A DNA stretch of 64,000 bases from Thermoplasmata archaeon (GTDB lineage: Archaea > Thermoplasmatota > Thermoplasmata > Thermoplasmatales > GCA-001856825). Location: the NCBI GenBank assembly GCA_021792255.1, contig JAJYUZ010000002.1, forward strand, positions 245,332-309,331, in the 5' to 3' direction. The notes below the pieces were generated by a model that was not told where the DNA came from, ran no database searches, and saw nothing but the letters and a program-made list of their open reading frames with translations. Shown here piece by piece: positions 10,177 through 20,032 of the stretch (positions are counted from its first letter, which is position 1; the number at the start of each line of letters is the position of its first letter). A program made the translations under genes and the position numbers.

Positions 10177-10741
10177 CCTGTCTGTCCACTTCAGCGTACA
10201 GCTGGTCCAAGCTCCCGTTGCTGTCCACGTACACAAGGTTGTGTATCTTTCCCTTAAGGCTGTAATAAAGATTTTGGACTCCCTCAAGGTACTCCTTCTT
10301 CTCAAACCTTGATGCTGCTCCTCGCCTCATCACTCTTCGAAGTGCTATTTCAACGTCACAGTACAGCACGAATACGTGAGTGGGCAATACGGGAAGCAGT
10401 TTAGCAGTGCTTACAAAGAACTCATAATAGTGGTCCACATCTTCAAACAGCCTGCTCAGGTAGTATCCCTGATAAGCGTAGCTGGAATAGAGCGATCGAT
10501 CAGATACGACATTTCCCGGACTCTTTTTATCCCTCAGCATGACCGCCCTGTCCGCCATGAATAAGAAGAAATCAGTCACAGGATCCCAGTTGTTTTCGGA
10601 TATCAGTGAACCAATACGACCTGTGGACGGCTCCTGTACAACGGAGAAATTAAACTTCTCAACAATGTGTTTAGCGACATACGTCTTTCCTGTTCCGTCA
10701 ATTCCTTCAATCGCGAGATAGATGCTAGAAGAACGAGTCAA
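10160..10741 (-). CDS. tmk: thymidylate kinase
   Basis: P-loop IAIEGIDGTGKTY, then DRSLYSSYAYQG, and a length of ~193 aa. Confidence 0.8.
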   Translation of the reverse strand: MTRSSSIYLAIEGIDGTGKTYVAKHIVEKFNFSVVQEPSTGRIGSLISENNWDPVTDFFLFMADRAVMLRDKKSPGNVVSDRSLYSSYAYQGYYLSRLFEDVDHYYEFFVSTAKLLPVLPTHVFVLYCDVEIALRRVMRRGAASRFEKKEYLEGVQNLYYSLKGKIHNLVYVDSNGSLDQLYAEVDRQVTKLL

Positions 10742-11735
10742 TGCTACGTTGCACCCCCTGCTTCCTGGCTTCTTTCACTCTGTTCAGGGCCGATGTGACT
10801 CTTTCCTGTGCGAAGTCGTGGCCCGTTACCAGAATGTCAATCACTTTTTGCTCATTCAGTTCCGGTATCCTTATGTGTCCAGGATCTACCACTTCAGGAT
10901 TCAAGAAAATGTTCCTAATCTCATCGTAATTCTCTATCTTAATATTGGATATGTTTTTTAGCGAACCATTCTTTTTTATTAGTTGATATGCCTTCTTGGG
11001 TCCAATCCCCTTTACGCCATCATTAAAATCGGTACCAATAAGAATCCCCATGTCTATCAGCTGTTCCCTGGTGATTCCCAGCTTCCTGAGAATTTCATCA
11101 TTCACTATTATCTCGGGCTTCACATCGATTAACCTGCCAGTTCTTCCGTATCTTCTCTTTCCGCTAATAGTGAGATTCCTGATAAGGCGTGGAGAGCCAA
11201 ACAAAAGTGAATCGTAGTCTTGAGATACGGCGGAATAGACGGATCCAAGTCTGCAGAGAAATGAGGCCTCTGCCTCTCCCTCCGAGGGGGCATCTATGAC
11301 CGCTATTCCTATGGAGTTGAGAAGTTCTTTGGACTCGGAAATCATCTCCCCAGTGAGTCTAGAAGTCCTGGACGCAAAGCTCTTCGCACGCTCATAATCT
11401 CCCATCGCCAATGAGAGACGGTATTCTTCTTCCGCCTTCTCCTTCAGCGCGATTCTTTCTTTTATTGTCTTATCTTTTAATGCTGGAGGCTTCCCATCGA
11501 AAACGTAAACTGGTATGACGCCTGTCTCCAAGAGACTAATGTTTCTGTAGAAGAGTCCGGAGAGGTGCGAAGTTATCTTGCCGTGTTTATCCTTTAGAGG
11601 ACTGCCGTCGTACTCCCTTATATTGCTCAAGAACTGGTATATAACATTGAAAGCGTCTATTGCCAGCATCCTTCCCTTGAGGGTCTTTAGATCGACTTCG
11701 CTCGATTCGAGCAGAGAAGAAATGTCTACTCCCAT
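10725..11735 (-). CDS. fen: flap endonuclease 1
   Basis: The XPG-N/I pattern is present: AIDAFNVIYQFL, VYVFDGKPP, APSEGEAEAS, SQDYDSLLFG and IGTDFN. The C-terminal QRSIDSFF is a PIP-box-like tail. Confidence 0.9.
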   Translation of the reverse strand: MGVDISSLLESSEVDLKTLKGRMLAIDAFNVIYQFLSNIREYDGSPLKDKHGKITSHLSGLFYRNISLLETGVIPVYVFDGKPPALKDKTIKERIALKEKAEEEYRLSLAMGDYERAKSFASRTSRLTGEMISESKELLNSIGIAVIDAPSEGEAEASFLCRLGSVYSAVSQDYDSLLFGSPRLIRNLTISGKRRYGRTGRLIDVKPEIIVNDEILRKLGITREQLIDMGILIGTDFNDGVKGIGPKKAYQLIKKNGSLKNISNIKIENYDEIRNIFLNPEVVDPGHIRIPELNEQKVIDILVTGHDFAQERVTSALNRVKEARKQGVQRSIDSFF

Positions 11736-11767
11736 CTGATTTATATAAGGAAATCAGGCTAAAAAAC

Positions 11768-12436
11768 CTATTCAATTCCCTTTTCGGTAATGATGAACGA
11801 GCATTTCACATCTTCTGAAATACTCCTATGTTTGACAACGACAAGCTCTCTCCTCCCACCGCCGAGTTTCTGTAACCTGAAAATTGCCTTCGCTATGTGT
11901 GATAACGCGCTTCCTCCAACCGGCTGCGCTTCGCTAGTGGTCCTGTCCATATAGACCTGGTTGACGAGAATCACAGGAATGTTCTTGGAGAGAGCTATGT
12001 TGTTTAGCATCTCAATCTGTGTAATGAGGGTGTTGGAAGTCTTCTTCCTGAGTTCTGCCCTTATCTCTCTTTCTACACGATAGTGAACGGTTATAGTGTC
12101 AAAGACAAGAAGGGCTACGTCGCTCATCGATTGGATTAAGTTAATAATTTTTGGAACCGATTCCAGCTGTTCTTCGTAACTCCTTATCCTGAAGAACTTT
12201 AGGTTGGAAAGAGAAGACTCCTCACCAGTCATTTGGGAGATCCTCTCAGTCGAAACTCCTTCAGTATCGATAAATATTACCTTTCCGACTTCGGTAGACT
12301 TGATTGACGTAAAAAGGACTAGATTTGTCTTTCCAGATCCCGGCTCTCCATAAATCTCGGTTATTATCCCTTTCTCAAAGCCACCCTCGATGCATTTGTC
12401 TAATCGTGCTAAACCCGTGGAAAGTCTATCTTTCAT
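11768..12436 (-). CDS. radB: DNA repair and recombination protein RadB
   Basis: A short RecA/RadA paralog of 222 aa with no N-terminal HhH domain. Walker A is GEPGSGKTN and Walker B-like is LLVFD. Confidence 0.85.
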   Translation of the reverse strand: MKDRLSTGLARLDKCIEGGFEKGIITEIYGEPGSGKTNLVLFTSIKSTEVGKVIFIDTEGVSTERISQMTGEESSLSNLKFFRIRSYEEQLESVPKIINLIQSMSDVALLVFDTITVHYRVEREIRAELRKKTSNTLITQIEMLNNIALSKNIPVILVNQVYMDRTTSEAQPVGGSALSHIAKAIFRLQKLGGGRRELVVVKHRSISEDVKCSFIITEKGIE

Positions 12437-13050
12437 TTTAGGTCTTTCAGAACTCTGGTCAGTTCCCGAAGGTCGTTACCACGTACTATGCAATCCACAA
12501 AATCAAAGTCAGAGTCGGAATTAAAAAGTATCGAATAATCTGAACTCTTGAACATATCCTTGTCCCACTCTGAATCTCCTACTGAAACTTTCTTACCGTC
12601 GTACTTCTCCAGGAATCGCCCCTTTTCATGCGGGTTCACGATTGCTTTTCCTCCCTTAAGAACGTCCTTTTCGAAGACCAAGGCGTTGGAGTATATATCA
12701 TCGAGGTCAAAATATTCCCTCGCCTTTGAAACAATGACGTCTATACCTCCAGAGATGGCTATCTTGTTTCCCTTGAACTCCTTCAGAAACTCCCTGAGAT
12801 ACTGAAAGTTTGGATTGGGCGCTATATCATTTGCGATCTTCTGAAAATCACTTCTCGTTATCTCTCTTTTCTTTCCAAGCCACAAGTTCACGTCACGGTC
12901 GATGAACTCCTGGTACTCTATGTCGCCATTCAAGAAAGCACGAAGCGATTCCTCATTTTCTACTCCGAAATAATTATGAATAGTGTTCCAGCTGCTCTTT
13001 GGTTTGAGAAGCACTCCGTCGACATCAAAAGCAATGAGGGAAGGCCGCAT
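12433..13050 (-). CDS. HAD-superfamily hydrolase (phosphoserine phosphatase-like)
   Basis: HAD motif I is IAFDVDGVLL. There is a SGG motif II region and a GDSEWD motif IV. Confidence 0.7.
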   Translation of the reverse strand: MRPSLIAFDVDGVLLKPKSSWNTIHNYFGVENEESLRAFLNGDIEYQEFIDRDVNLWLGKKREITRSDFQKIANDIAPNPNFQYLREFLKEFKGNKIAISGGIDVIVSKAREYFDLDDIYSNALVFEKDVLKGGKAIVNPHEKGRFLEKYDGKKVSVGDSEWDKDMFKSSDYSILFNSDSDFDFVDCIVRGNDLRELTRVLKDLK

Positions 13051-13092
13051 TGTTATGGCATAATTACTGGCTATAAGAATTTGCTATGAAGT

Positions 13093-13214
13093 GGAGGCGG
13101 CGAACCGCATTTCCCATGCCCTCGCGGAACACAGTACGCGTGCGGAACGTGGACGGGCTTAACCTTCGGGTTCGGAATGAGACCGGGTGTTTCCCCGTCG
13201 CTATGGCCGTCAAC
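13093..13214 (-). rRNA. rrf: 5S ribosomal RNA
   Basis: The minus strand reads GGUUGACGGCCAUAGCGACGGGGAAACACCCGGUCUCAUUCCGAACCCGAAGGUUAAGCC...CCGCGAGGGCAUGGGAAAUGCGG..GCCGCC. These are canonical 5S loop C/helix III and loop E segments. The ends are approximate, within a few nt. An AT-rich TATA-like AATAAAATA lies ~30 nt upstream. Confidence 0.85.
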
Positions 13215-13262
13215 CGACAAGACATAGGGAAAGACTATTTTATTCTTTCTTTTCCTCTGCAC

Positions 13263-14126
13263 TTAGACTCGAACGAAGGTATTCCTTAGCGTTCCCAGGC
13301 CTTCAATGCTCACATCCACATTGTCCCCGGGCTTCAACCAGTGGTCTTCTTTATCCTCCATTCCCAGTATCACGCCCTCTGGAGTTCCGGTCGAGATAAC
13401 GTCTCCTGGTTCTAGTGTCAAATAACGTGAAATGTACGAAATGAGCTTGCCAACCGAGAATATCATGTTAGCAGTGTTGGAGTCCTGTCTGGTCGATCCA
13501 TTTACCATCGTTTTGATCCAGAGATTCTGCGGATCCTCGATTTCGTCTCTCGTCACGATGGATGGACCATTTGGATAAAAGCCATCGAGAGTTTTTCCAA
13601 GGAGATATTGAGAGGTTCTGAACTGTAATTCCCTCGAGGATACGTCATTTCCTATGAAATAACCAAAGACGTATCTTTCGAAATCGCTACCTACGTCCTT
13701 TGCAAGTTTACCTATGATCACTCCTAGTTCACCCTCGTAATCCACCTTAAGATCAGACCCAAAAATCTTGATCTCATCTAAATGACCCGCAAGTGAATTA
13801 GAATATTTGCTGAAAAGGACTGGATATTCGGGCTTCTTTTTTCCTGTCTCCTCTATGTGCGACAGATAATTAAGACCGACGCAAATGATCTTACCGGGAT
13901 TACCGACTACGGGGGCGAATCCAAAGTTCTTTGACTCCAGATAAGAATAGTTCCCCTTTTTCAATTCTTCTTTGATTCGAGAAACTTGGGCAAAAACATC
14001 GGCCAGGTCAGTTTCGTTTTCCCGTTTGTTCAACAGTTCAGCCACTGAAACGTACTTTCCTTCAACCTCTACTGCTAAGGTCACTTTGCTACCAACTTTC
14101 AGACGAAAGAATCTCATGTAATTCAA
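13263..14126 (-). CDS. fumarylacetoacetate hydrolase (FAH) family protein
   Basis: ICVGLNY, DYEGELGVIIGK, LLGKTLDGF and GDVISTGTPEGV are hallmarks of the FAH / 2-keto-4-pentenoate hydratase-type domain. Confidence 0.85.
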   Translation of the reverse strand: MNYMRFFRLKVGSKVTLAVEVEGKYVSVAELLNKRENETDLADVFAQVSRIKEELKKGNYSYLESKNFGFAPVVGNPGKIICVGLNYLSHIEETGKKKPEYPVLFSKYSNSLAGHLDEIKIFGSDLKVDYEGELGVIIGKLAKDVGSDFERYVFGYFIGNDVSSRELQFRTSQYLLGKTLDGFYPNGPSIVTRDEIEDPQNLWIKTMVNGSTRQDSNTANMIFSVGKLISYISRYLTLEPGDVISTGTPEGVILGMEDKEDHWLKPGDNVDVSIEGLGTLRNTFVRV

Positions 14127-14263
14127 TGACTTAGTGCGTTCAAGATATAGAAATCATCGAGAACTGAGTAAATTGCCGGTCAGATCGCTGGTTATTTTTA
14201 ATGAATTGAGATAAGAAAATAAGAAAAACTCAACTCAGTAGGTACTCATCTCTACCGAATTTA

Positions 14264-15922
14264 CTACAGCCTCTTCCTCAATTCATCCTTCTGTGCTTTT
14301 CCAACGGGATTTCTTGGGATGGAGGTCACCTCTTCCACTCTCTCTGGCCACTTGTATATTGCAACGTCATTAGCCTTCATGATACCCTTAATTTCATCAA
14401 GTCCTAGCTTCTCGCCAGGCTTGGGAACGACAAAAAGACAGACTTTTTCTCCGAGTACCTCGTCAGGCAGAGGAACGGCAGCAGCATCAGCTATTCTCGG
14501 ATCCCTCTTTGCAATGTCCTCAATTTCTGCGGAACTTATGTTGAAACCTCCTCGAATAATGATATCTTTCAGTCTATCAAAAAAGGATATCCTGTCGTTA
14601 GACACGATGGTGAACAAATCACCCGTATGGAAAAATCCGTCTTTGTCGAACACGTGACTTGTCAGATTGGGCTGATTGAAGTATTCTGGAATTGTGAATG
14701 GGCTTCGGAAGCATAGCTCACCAATGCTACCTATTTTAGTGGTCTCTTTTCCCGTGTCCGGATCCACTATCTTTGTTTCCGTCGCCTTGAAGAAGGGTAT
14801 ATCTTCCATCTTTCCCGGTCCAGGCCAGGGAAAGCTTCTTGCTCTATCCGAGAGATCCCGGACACTGTCTTTAGTAGAGAAAAGTCCTGTCCCTTCATTC
14901 TGCCCCCATACGTTGATCGACTCTATCCCCCATCTCTTCTTGAATTCCAGGAAGGTCCATGGAGGTGGGGGAGCCGATCCTTGAACGAAAAATTCCGTTG
15001 CCTTCAAGTCAAACTTATCCACGTCCGGATGCTTGAGCATCGCCACTGCAACGGCAGGTGGGGCAAGGGTAAAGTTGACCTTTTCCCCTACCAGCTGTTT
15101 GAGGTACAAAACAGGGTCGAATGGGTGGTGAAGGACAAAGGTTCCCGATACCATCAACCAAGGAACGACTCCCACACCTATTCCCGTCATATTTACAAGG
15201 GGTGCTGGATTCATGATGATAGCGCCATCGCTGAGGATTCCGCCCTTGAATTCTTTCCTGTAAAAGAATCTCAGAAAACCCCAGTTGTTGTGGCTCATAG
15301 GACACGCCTTTGGTTCCTTCTCGGTCCCCGATGTCCATTCTATTACGGCGACATCGTTTCCCCGAATTTCGTTGGTAGCTCTGTCCAGATCGGATGAGAC
15401 TGGCTCATTTTTCATTGCTTCTCTAATTTCTTCAAGGGAGAACAAGTAGAGGCTTTTCGAGCTCCCAGTGTCCAGATTCTTAACCATATCAAGATGGTCA
15501 AAGTTTTTGAATTTTGTTGAAACAAAGGCCGAAGCCCTTGTGGTCTCCACGACGCTCTTTAGTTCGTGCGACCTCCACTGCATTGGCACGGGAGAAATTA
15601 TCCCCCCAAACCGCCACACTGCCAGATAGGTTATCAGTAGTTCGTTTATGTTCGGTAGCTGAATTACCACCACTTTGTCCTTTGTTAGACCCTTACGCAG
15701 GAAAAAGGAAGAAAGTCTGTCAACCCTTTCATTAAGTTCATGGTAGTTTATCCTTTCGGGCTTTATCCCAACAAGATCTTCCTTGTTTGGAGGATCCACT
15801 ATTGCAGTCCTGTTCGGATTTCTGGATGCGCTCTCAAGAAACCTTCCGATTAGCGTCCTGTCGTCCCACCATCCTTCCCTGCTGTATTTTTCGGCCCTCT
15901 CTTTTGAAACAAGAACAACCAT
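14264..15922 (-). CDS. AMP-dependent acyl-CoA synthetase/ligase
   Basis: AMP-binding motif IEWTSGTEKEPK, then TGDL, and GGFNISSAEIE...PRNPVGKAQK in the C-terminal lid. Confidence 0.85.
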   Translation of the reverse strand: MVVLVSKERAEKYSREGWWDDRTLIGRFLESASRNPNRTAIVDPPNKEDLVGIKPERINYHELNERVDRLSSFFLRKGLTKDKVVVIQLPNINELLITYLAVWRFGGIISPVPMQWRSHELKSVVETTRASAFVSTKFKNFDHLDMVKNLDTGSSKSLYLFSLEEIREAMKNEPVSSDLDRATNEIRGNDVAVIEWTSGTEKEPKACPMSHNNWGFLRFFYRKEFKGGILSDGAIIMNPAPLVNMTGIGVGVVPWLMVSGTFVLHHPFDPVLYLKQLVGEKVNFTLAPPAVAVAMLKHPDVDKFDLKATEFFVQGSAPPPPWTFLEFKKRWGIESINVWGQNEGTGLFSTKDSVRDLSDRARSFPWPGPGKMEDIPFFKATETKIVDPDTGKETTKIGSIGELCFRSPFTIPEYFNQPNLTSHVFDKDGFFHTGDLFTIVSNDRISFFDRLKDIIIRGGFNISSAEIEDIAKRDPRIADAAAVPLPDEVLGEKVCLFVVPKPGEKLGLDEIKGIMKANDVAIYKWPERVEEVTSIPRNPVGKAQKDELRKRL

Positions 15923-16002
15923 ACAATGAATATTAACTTCCTCAGGTTAATATCTTTTTGTGCGGCTAACTTCTCAAGACATTCCCAATATTTAGAGTGG
16001 AT

Positions 16003-17967
16003 TCACTTACCCGTCCACCTTGGCTTTCTCTTTTCAAGGAATGCTTTCTGTCCTTCTATAAAGTCGTTAGAGGAAACCAGGCCCGTAAGTGCCCTTTCAC
16101 CTGAGGAAATGTTTTGGGAGAAGTTATTTTTAACTCCATTCAGAGTTTCCTTGATTTTTTGAGATGAGAGGGGTGCAATCTTAGAGAATCTATCTGATAG
16201 CTCATTCATAATCACTGCAAGTTGCTCCTTGGGTACGACTATGTCGACGATACCGAGTTCCATTGCTTCATGAGCAGAAAATGACTCTCCTGTAAGCGCG
16301 AACCTGCCAAGCTTTCTGCTGATGGCTCCGACTCCATACGATGAGGCAATTGGTGGCATTGCACCTATCAGACCTTCGGGCAATGAGAAGACTGCGTCTT
16401 CGCTAGCCACTACTACGTCTAGAAGCATGTTGATTTCACACCCTCCTCCATAGGCCAGTCCGTTGACCAGTGAGACCACGGGTTTCGGGTAGTTCATGAT
16501 CTTGTTGATGAGAGGATGTGCATGCTTTTCCATCCAGGCATCTGCATCTTCCGGCCCGTTCCAGTTCTTCATCATTTCGATATCATCTCCTGCACTGAAT
16601 GCCCTGCCATTTCCCGTTATGAAAACTGACCGGACACTATCATCTTTAACGGCGTGCTCAAGACCATCCAGCATGCCCTTCCATGTAGCCTCGTTTAAAG
16701 CGTTCAATCTATCCGGTCTGTTGAGCATAAGCAGCACAAAATTTTCCATTTTCTTGTAATTCACTGGACCAAACGTTGTCTCCTCAAATTTCCATCTCTT
16801 GAAACCTTCTCCAGTTTTTCTACCCAGTTTCTTTCTATCCAGCATCTCTAGAAGGAGAGGGTCAGGATCATACCTGGACTCATCATAAGCGGAATGTCTC
16901 TTGTTCAGAACATCAACAACTTCGTCAAGTCCGAATTTATCGGCCATTGTAAATGGTCCGTCAGGCCAGTTCATTGCCTTCGTCATAGCCTTTTCGACAT
17001 CCTCCATGCTTGCCACTCCATTCCTGACGATCCAGGCAGCCTCATTAATTGCCAGACCGACCAATCTTACTGGATTAACTCTGTACATCCCCTCTGTCGG
17101 AATCAGTGGCGGACGTTCATACAAGTTCGGCCCAGAATATTTATAAAAACCTTCACCGCTCTTCATTCCAATTTTTCCCGATTCAACTTTCTCTTTCAAT
17201 ATACTAGATGACCTTGTATTGAATCCTCTGCTGATAAGTTCCTTGTTGGCTAGGTAGGCTGTATCGATGCCCACAAAATCTAGAAGTTCACACACACCCA
17301 TGGGAAAATTTAGTCTGAATCTTACCATTGCGTCAAGGTCTTCTTTCTTCACACCCTCCTCTAGAAACGTCATTGACTCCGTGATTACCCTATCATTCAG
17401 TCTGTTTATTACAAATCCCGGTACGTCCTTCTTGACGATTACATAATCTCTTCCAAGTGCTCTCACAAGGTCCTCTGTCCTTCGTACCGTGGCATCACCC
17501 GTTTTGTCACCCCTTATTATCTCTATGAGAGGCATCATAACAGGAGGATTCGAAAAATGAAGGCCAATGAACCTTTCCTCCTTCGTGGTCATGGATGCAA
17601 GTTCGGATATTGGAATGGTCGAAGTGTTTGAGGATATTATGCAATCTTCAGCGATGACTTCACTAAGTTTTTCCAACACAACCTTCTTGACACCTGAATC
17701 TTCTTTGACGGCTTCGATTAAATATTCTACGGACCTCAAATCTCTCAGGGTGGTGGTCGTTCTTATTCTGGAAAAGATATCGTTCGTGGCTTCTCTCAGG
17801 ACTTTCTTCTTTGAAAGACTCTCAAGACTCCATTTGATTTTCTGCCTAGCGTTTGAAAGGACTTCATCACTGATATCAGATAGAAGAACATCGAATCCAG
17901 CAATGGCACAGAGTTCAGCTATCCCATGACCCATAACTCCAGCGCCTACAACTCCGACTCTTTTCAT
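16003..17967 (-). CDS. fused 3-hydroxyacyl-CoA dehydrogenase (N) / enoyl-CoA hydratase (C)
   Basis: The N-terminus has the Rossmann motif VGVVGAGVMGHGIA and the HFSNPP motif. The C-terminal ~250 aa is crotonase-like (LNRPDRLNALN, FSAGDD, GLAYGGGCE). Confidence 0.85.
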   Translation of the reverse strand: MKRVGVVGAGVMGHGIAELCAIAGFDVLLSDISDEVLSNARQKIKWSLESLSKKKVLREATNDIFSRIRTTTTLRDLRSVEYLIEAVKEDSGVKKVVLEKLSEVIAEDCIISSNTSTIPISELASMTTKEERFIGLHFSNPPVMMPLIEIIRGDKTGDATVRRTEDLVRALGRDYVIVKKDVPGFVINRLNDRVITESMTFLEEGVKKEDLDAMVRFRLNFPMGVCELLDFVGIDTAYLANKELISRGFNTRSSSILKEKVESGKIGMKSGEGFYKYSGPNLYERPPLIPTEGMYRVNPVRLVGLAINEAAWIVRNGVASMEDVEKAMTKAMNWPDGPFTMADKFGLDEVVDVLNKRHSAYDESRYDPDPLLLEMLDRKKLGRKTGEGFKRWKFEETTFGPVNYKKMENFVLLMLNRPDRLNALNEATWKGMLDGLEHAVKDDSVRSVFITGNGRAFSAGDDIEMMKNWNGPEDADAWMEKHAHPLINKIMNYPKPVVSLVNGLAYGGGCEINMLLDVVVASEDAVFSLPEGLIGAMPPIASSYGVGAISRKLGRFALTGESFSAHEAMELGIVDIVVPKEQLAVIMNELSDRFSKIAPLSSQKIKETLNGVKNNFSQNISSGERALTGLVSSNDFIEGQKAFLEKRKPRWTGK

Positions 17968-18178
17968 AATGAAAGCACAAATGATGCATTGTTTCCTGCG
18001 ATATTAACGATTTTGGAGCCGTTATATTGGTCGATTACGATGGCGCGAGATCCTGGTTTAAGGAGAGGGAAGATAGGGAAAGAACATGAAAATGTGCAAT
18101 GTGGTTTTCCGAAGAGTAGCCAGTGCAAATCTGAAAAAGCACAGGAACGCTTAAGTAACCATCGGGATTTTAAAATTC

Positions 18179-19360
18179 ATGAAGAGGGAAATTTCAGAGG
18201 CTTACATTATTGATTCCATAAGAACTCCACTTGGAAAGAGAAATGGATCACTGAAAGATGTACATCCAGTAGATTTGCTTGCCGGTCAACTGAATGCGGT
18301 AGTCGCGAGAAATGGAATACAACCTGAGGCCATCGAGGACGTGATAATAGGCTGCGTTTCTCAGATAGGGGAACAGGGTGCTAATGTTGCAAGGAATGCT
18401 GTTCTTTCTGCTGGATTTCCTGAATCGATGCCCGGAACGACCGTAGATAGGCAGTGTGGTTCCAGCCTTCAAGGTATTCAATTTGCAGTTCAGGGGGTCC
18501 AATCAGGGTTCTATGATCTAGTGATAGCAGGCGGGGTAGAATCAATGAGTCGCATTCCGATTGGTAGCAACATATCTCCGGACAAAAACCCAATTACGAA
18601 GAGTATCGGAGAAAGATACTCCCTAAATGGTCAATGGTTCAGCCAAGCGTACGGTGCGCAGCTCATTGCCAAGAAGTATGAATTTAAGAGGGAAGAACTA
18701 GATACATTCAGTCTTAGGAGTCATCAGCTCGCCGCCAAGTCGCGGGATCATTTTCGCAAGGAGATAATACCGGTCACTGTAACCGGTAATTTGGGAAGCG
18801 AAGCCAAAGTGACGGAATTAGATTTTGACGAAGGAGTCCGTCCTAACACAACACTTGAGAAAATGATGAGTCTGCCTCCAGCTTTCAATGGACTCGATCT
18901 CATCACTGCGGGAAATTCCAGTCAGATAACGGACGGTGCTAGCGTCACACTGATAGCCTCGGAAAGGGCGGTAGCAAAGTATGGTCTTAGGCCTCTTGCA
19001 AGATTCCTTTCTTTCTCGGTTGTTGGTGTAGATCCCATTACAATGCTTACAGGCCCTATACCTGCAACCAGAAAGGCGCTGGACAGGGCTGGGGTAACGA
19101 AAGAACAGATAGATGTCTTCGAGGTCAACGAGGCATTTTCTCCGGTACCTCTTGCTTGGCTTCATGAATTCGATGTTCCAATCAATAAGCTGAATCCTCA
19201 CGGAGGGGCAATTGCGTTAGGGCATCCGCTTGGGGCGACGGGCTCCCGTCTCGTCGCTACAATCCTGAATGGTCTTCGATCTTCGGGAGGAAAGTTAGGT
19301 CTGATAGCAATTTGTGAAGGCGGTGGTATGGCAAATTCGGCAGTTCTGGAATTAGTATAA
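18179..19360 (+). CDS. acetyl-CoA C-acetyltransferase (thiolase II)
   Basis: VDRQCGSSLQ (active-site Cys), NPHGGAIALGHPLGATG and ICEGGGMA are thiolase signatures. Confidence 0.9.
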   Translation: MKREISEAYIIDSIRTPLGKRNGSLKDVHPVDLLAGQLNAVVARNGIQPEAIEDVIIGCVSQIGEQGANVARNAVLSAGFPESMPGTTVDRQCGSSLQGIQFAVQGVQSGFYDLVIAGGVESMSRIPIGSNISPDKNPITKSIGERYSLNGQWFSQAYGAQLIAKKYEFKREELDTFSLRSHQLAAKSRDHFRKEIIPVTVTGNLGSEAKVTELDFDEGVRPNTTLEKMMSLPPAFNGLDLITAGNSSQITDGASVTLIASERAVAKYGLRPLARFLSFSVVGVDPITMLTGPIPATRKALDRAGVTKEQIDVFEVNEAFSPVPLAWLHEFDVPINKLNPHGGAIALGHPLGATGSRLVATILNGLRSSGGKLGLIAICEGGGMANSAVLELV

Positions 19361-20032
19361 CCAGTCCAATAAGAGGAAGAAGGATTATTATTGAAAACAG
19401 TTCCCTCTTCCACTATCTTCTAACCAGCACACGGAAGTCAAGTCCGACCTAATGTGATGGATGCGAAGATAATGCCTGCTAGCAGTATCAGATGATTCCG
19501 GATAAAAGTTCGAACACATTTTATGATGATAGCGCCATACGTATCAGCAACTGCAATATTCCGTTCATTTCTGGCTGAAAGAGAGCTTAAGAACTCATTC
19601 GCTTGAATGCGTGATTTTGAAACAACCAAAGCGGTATGGACTTGTCCGAGTTTATACCGATTCAGGTATAAGTCCTTAACAAAAAAACCCTCCTTGACTA
19701 AACGTTACTCTAAGTCCCGAAGGTACGATGATCATTAAAAACAGCGTATGAAACCCTTTTAAGCTAGGAAAGAATTGGATGGTTCGTATAGGGAACTGAA
19801 ATTTCAAAAAAGTAGCTTAAGTCCGTGGACTGCAGATAACCCAGCAACGAATCACGACATAATTAAGCCACATATGGTTTGACTTGAGTTTTTTCGGATA
19901 TTTGTTGTCTTAATCCTGGGTGATAATGGCCGCAAAGGAATCTCCCATAACCATGAAACACTTTTAGGGCATCCTGCATTTGGAGAGTTTTACTGATTTC
20001 TCGTAAAACTATCATTTATAAATAAGTAAATT

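Noticed and set aside
13071-13399. ORFs of 63-70 aa on both strands (13071..13262, 13086..13289, 13187..13399).
   Set aside because: The region is explained by the 5S rRNA gene (13093-13214, minus strand) and the 3' end of the FAH-family gene. The ORFs are GC-rich RNA-gene artefacts with no protein-like features.
19361-20032. 672-bp gap, together with other long gaps at 20951-21255 and 21697-22157, inspected for SRP RNA, RNase P RNA, tRNA or gene remnants.
   Set aside because: No conserved RNA motifs were seen, such as GGAAAGUCC or SRP helix 8 sequences, and there is no extended GC-rich pairing or protein-like open frame. The 63-aa ORF 19438..19629 has no support.
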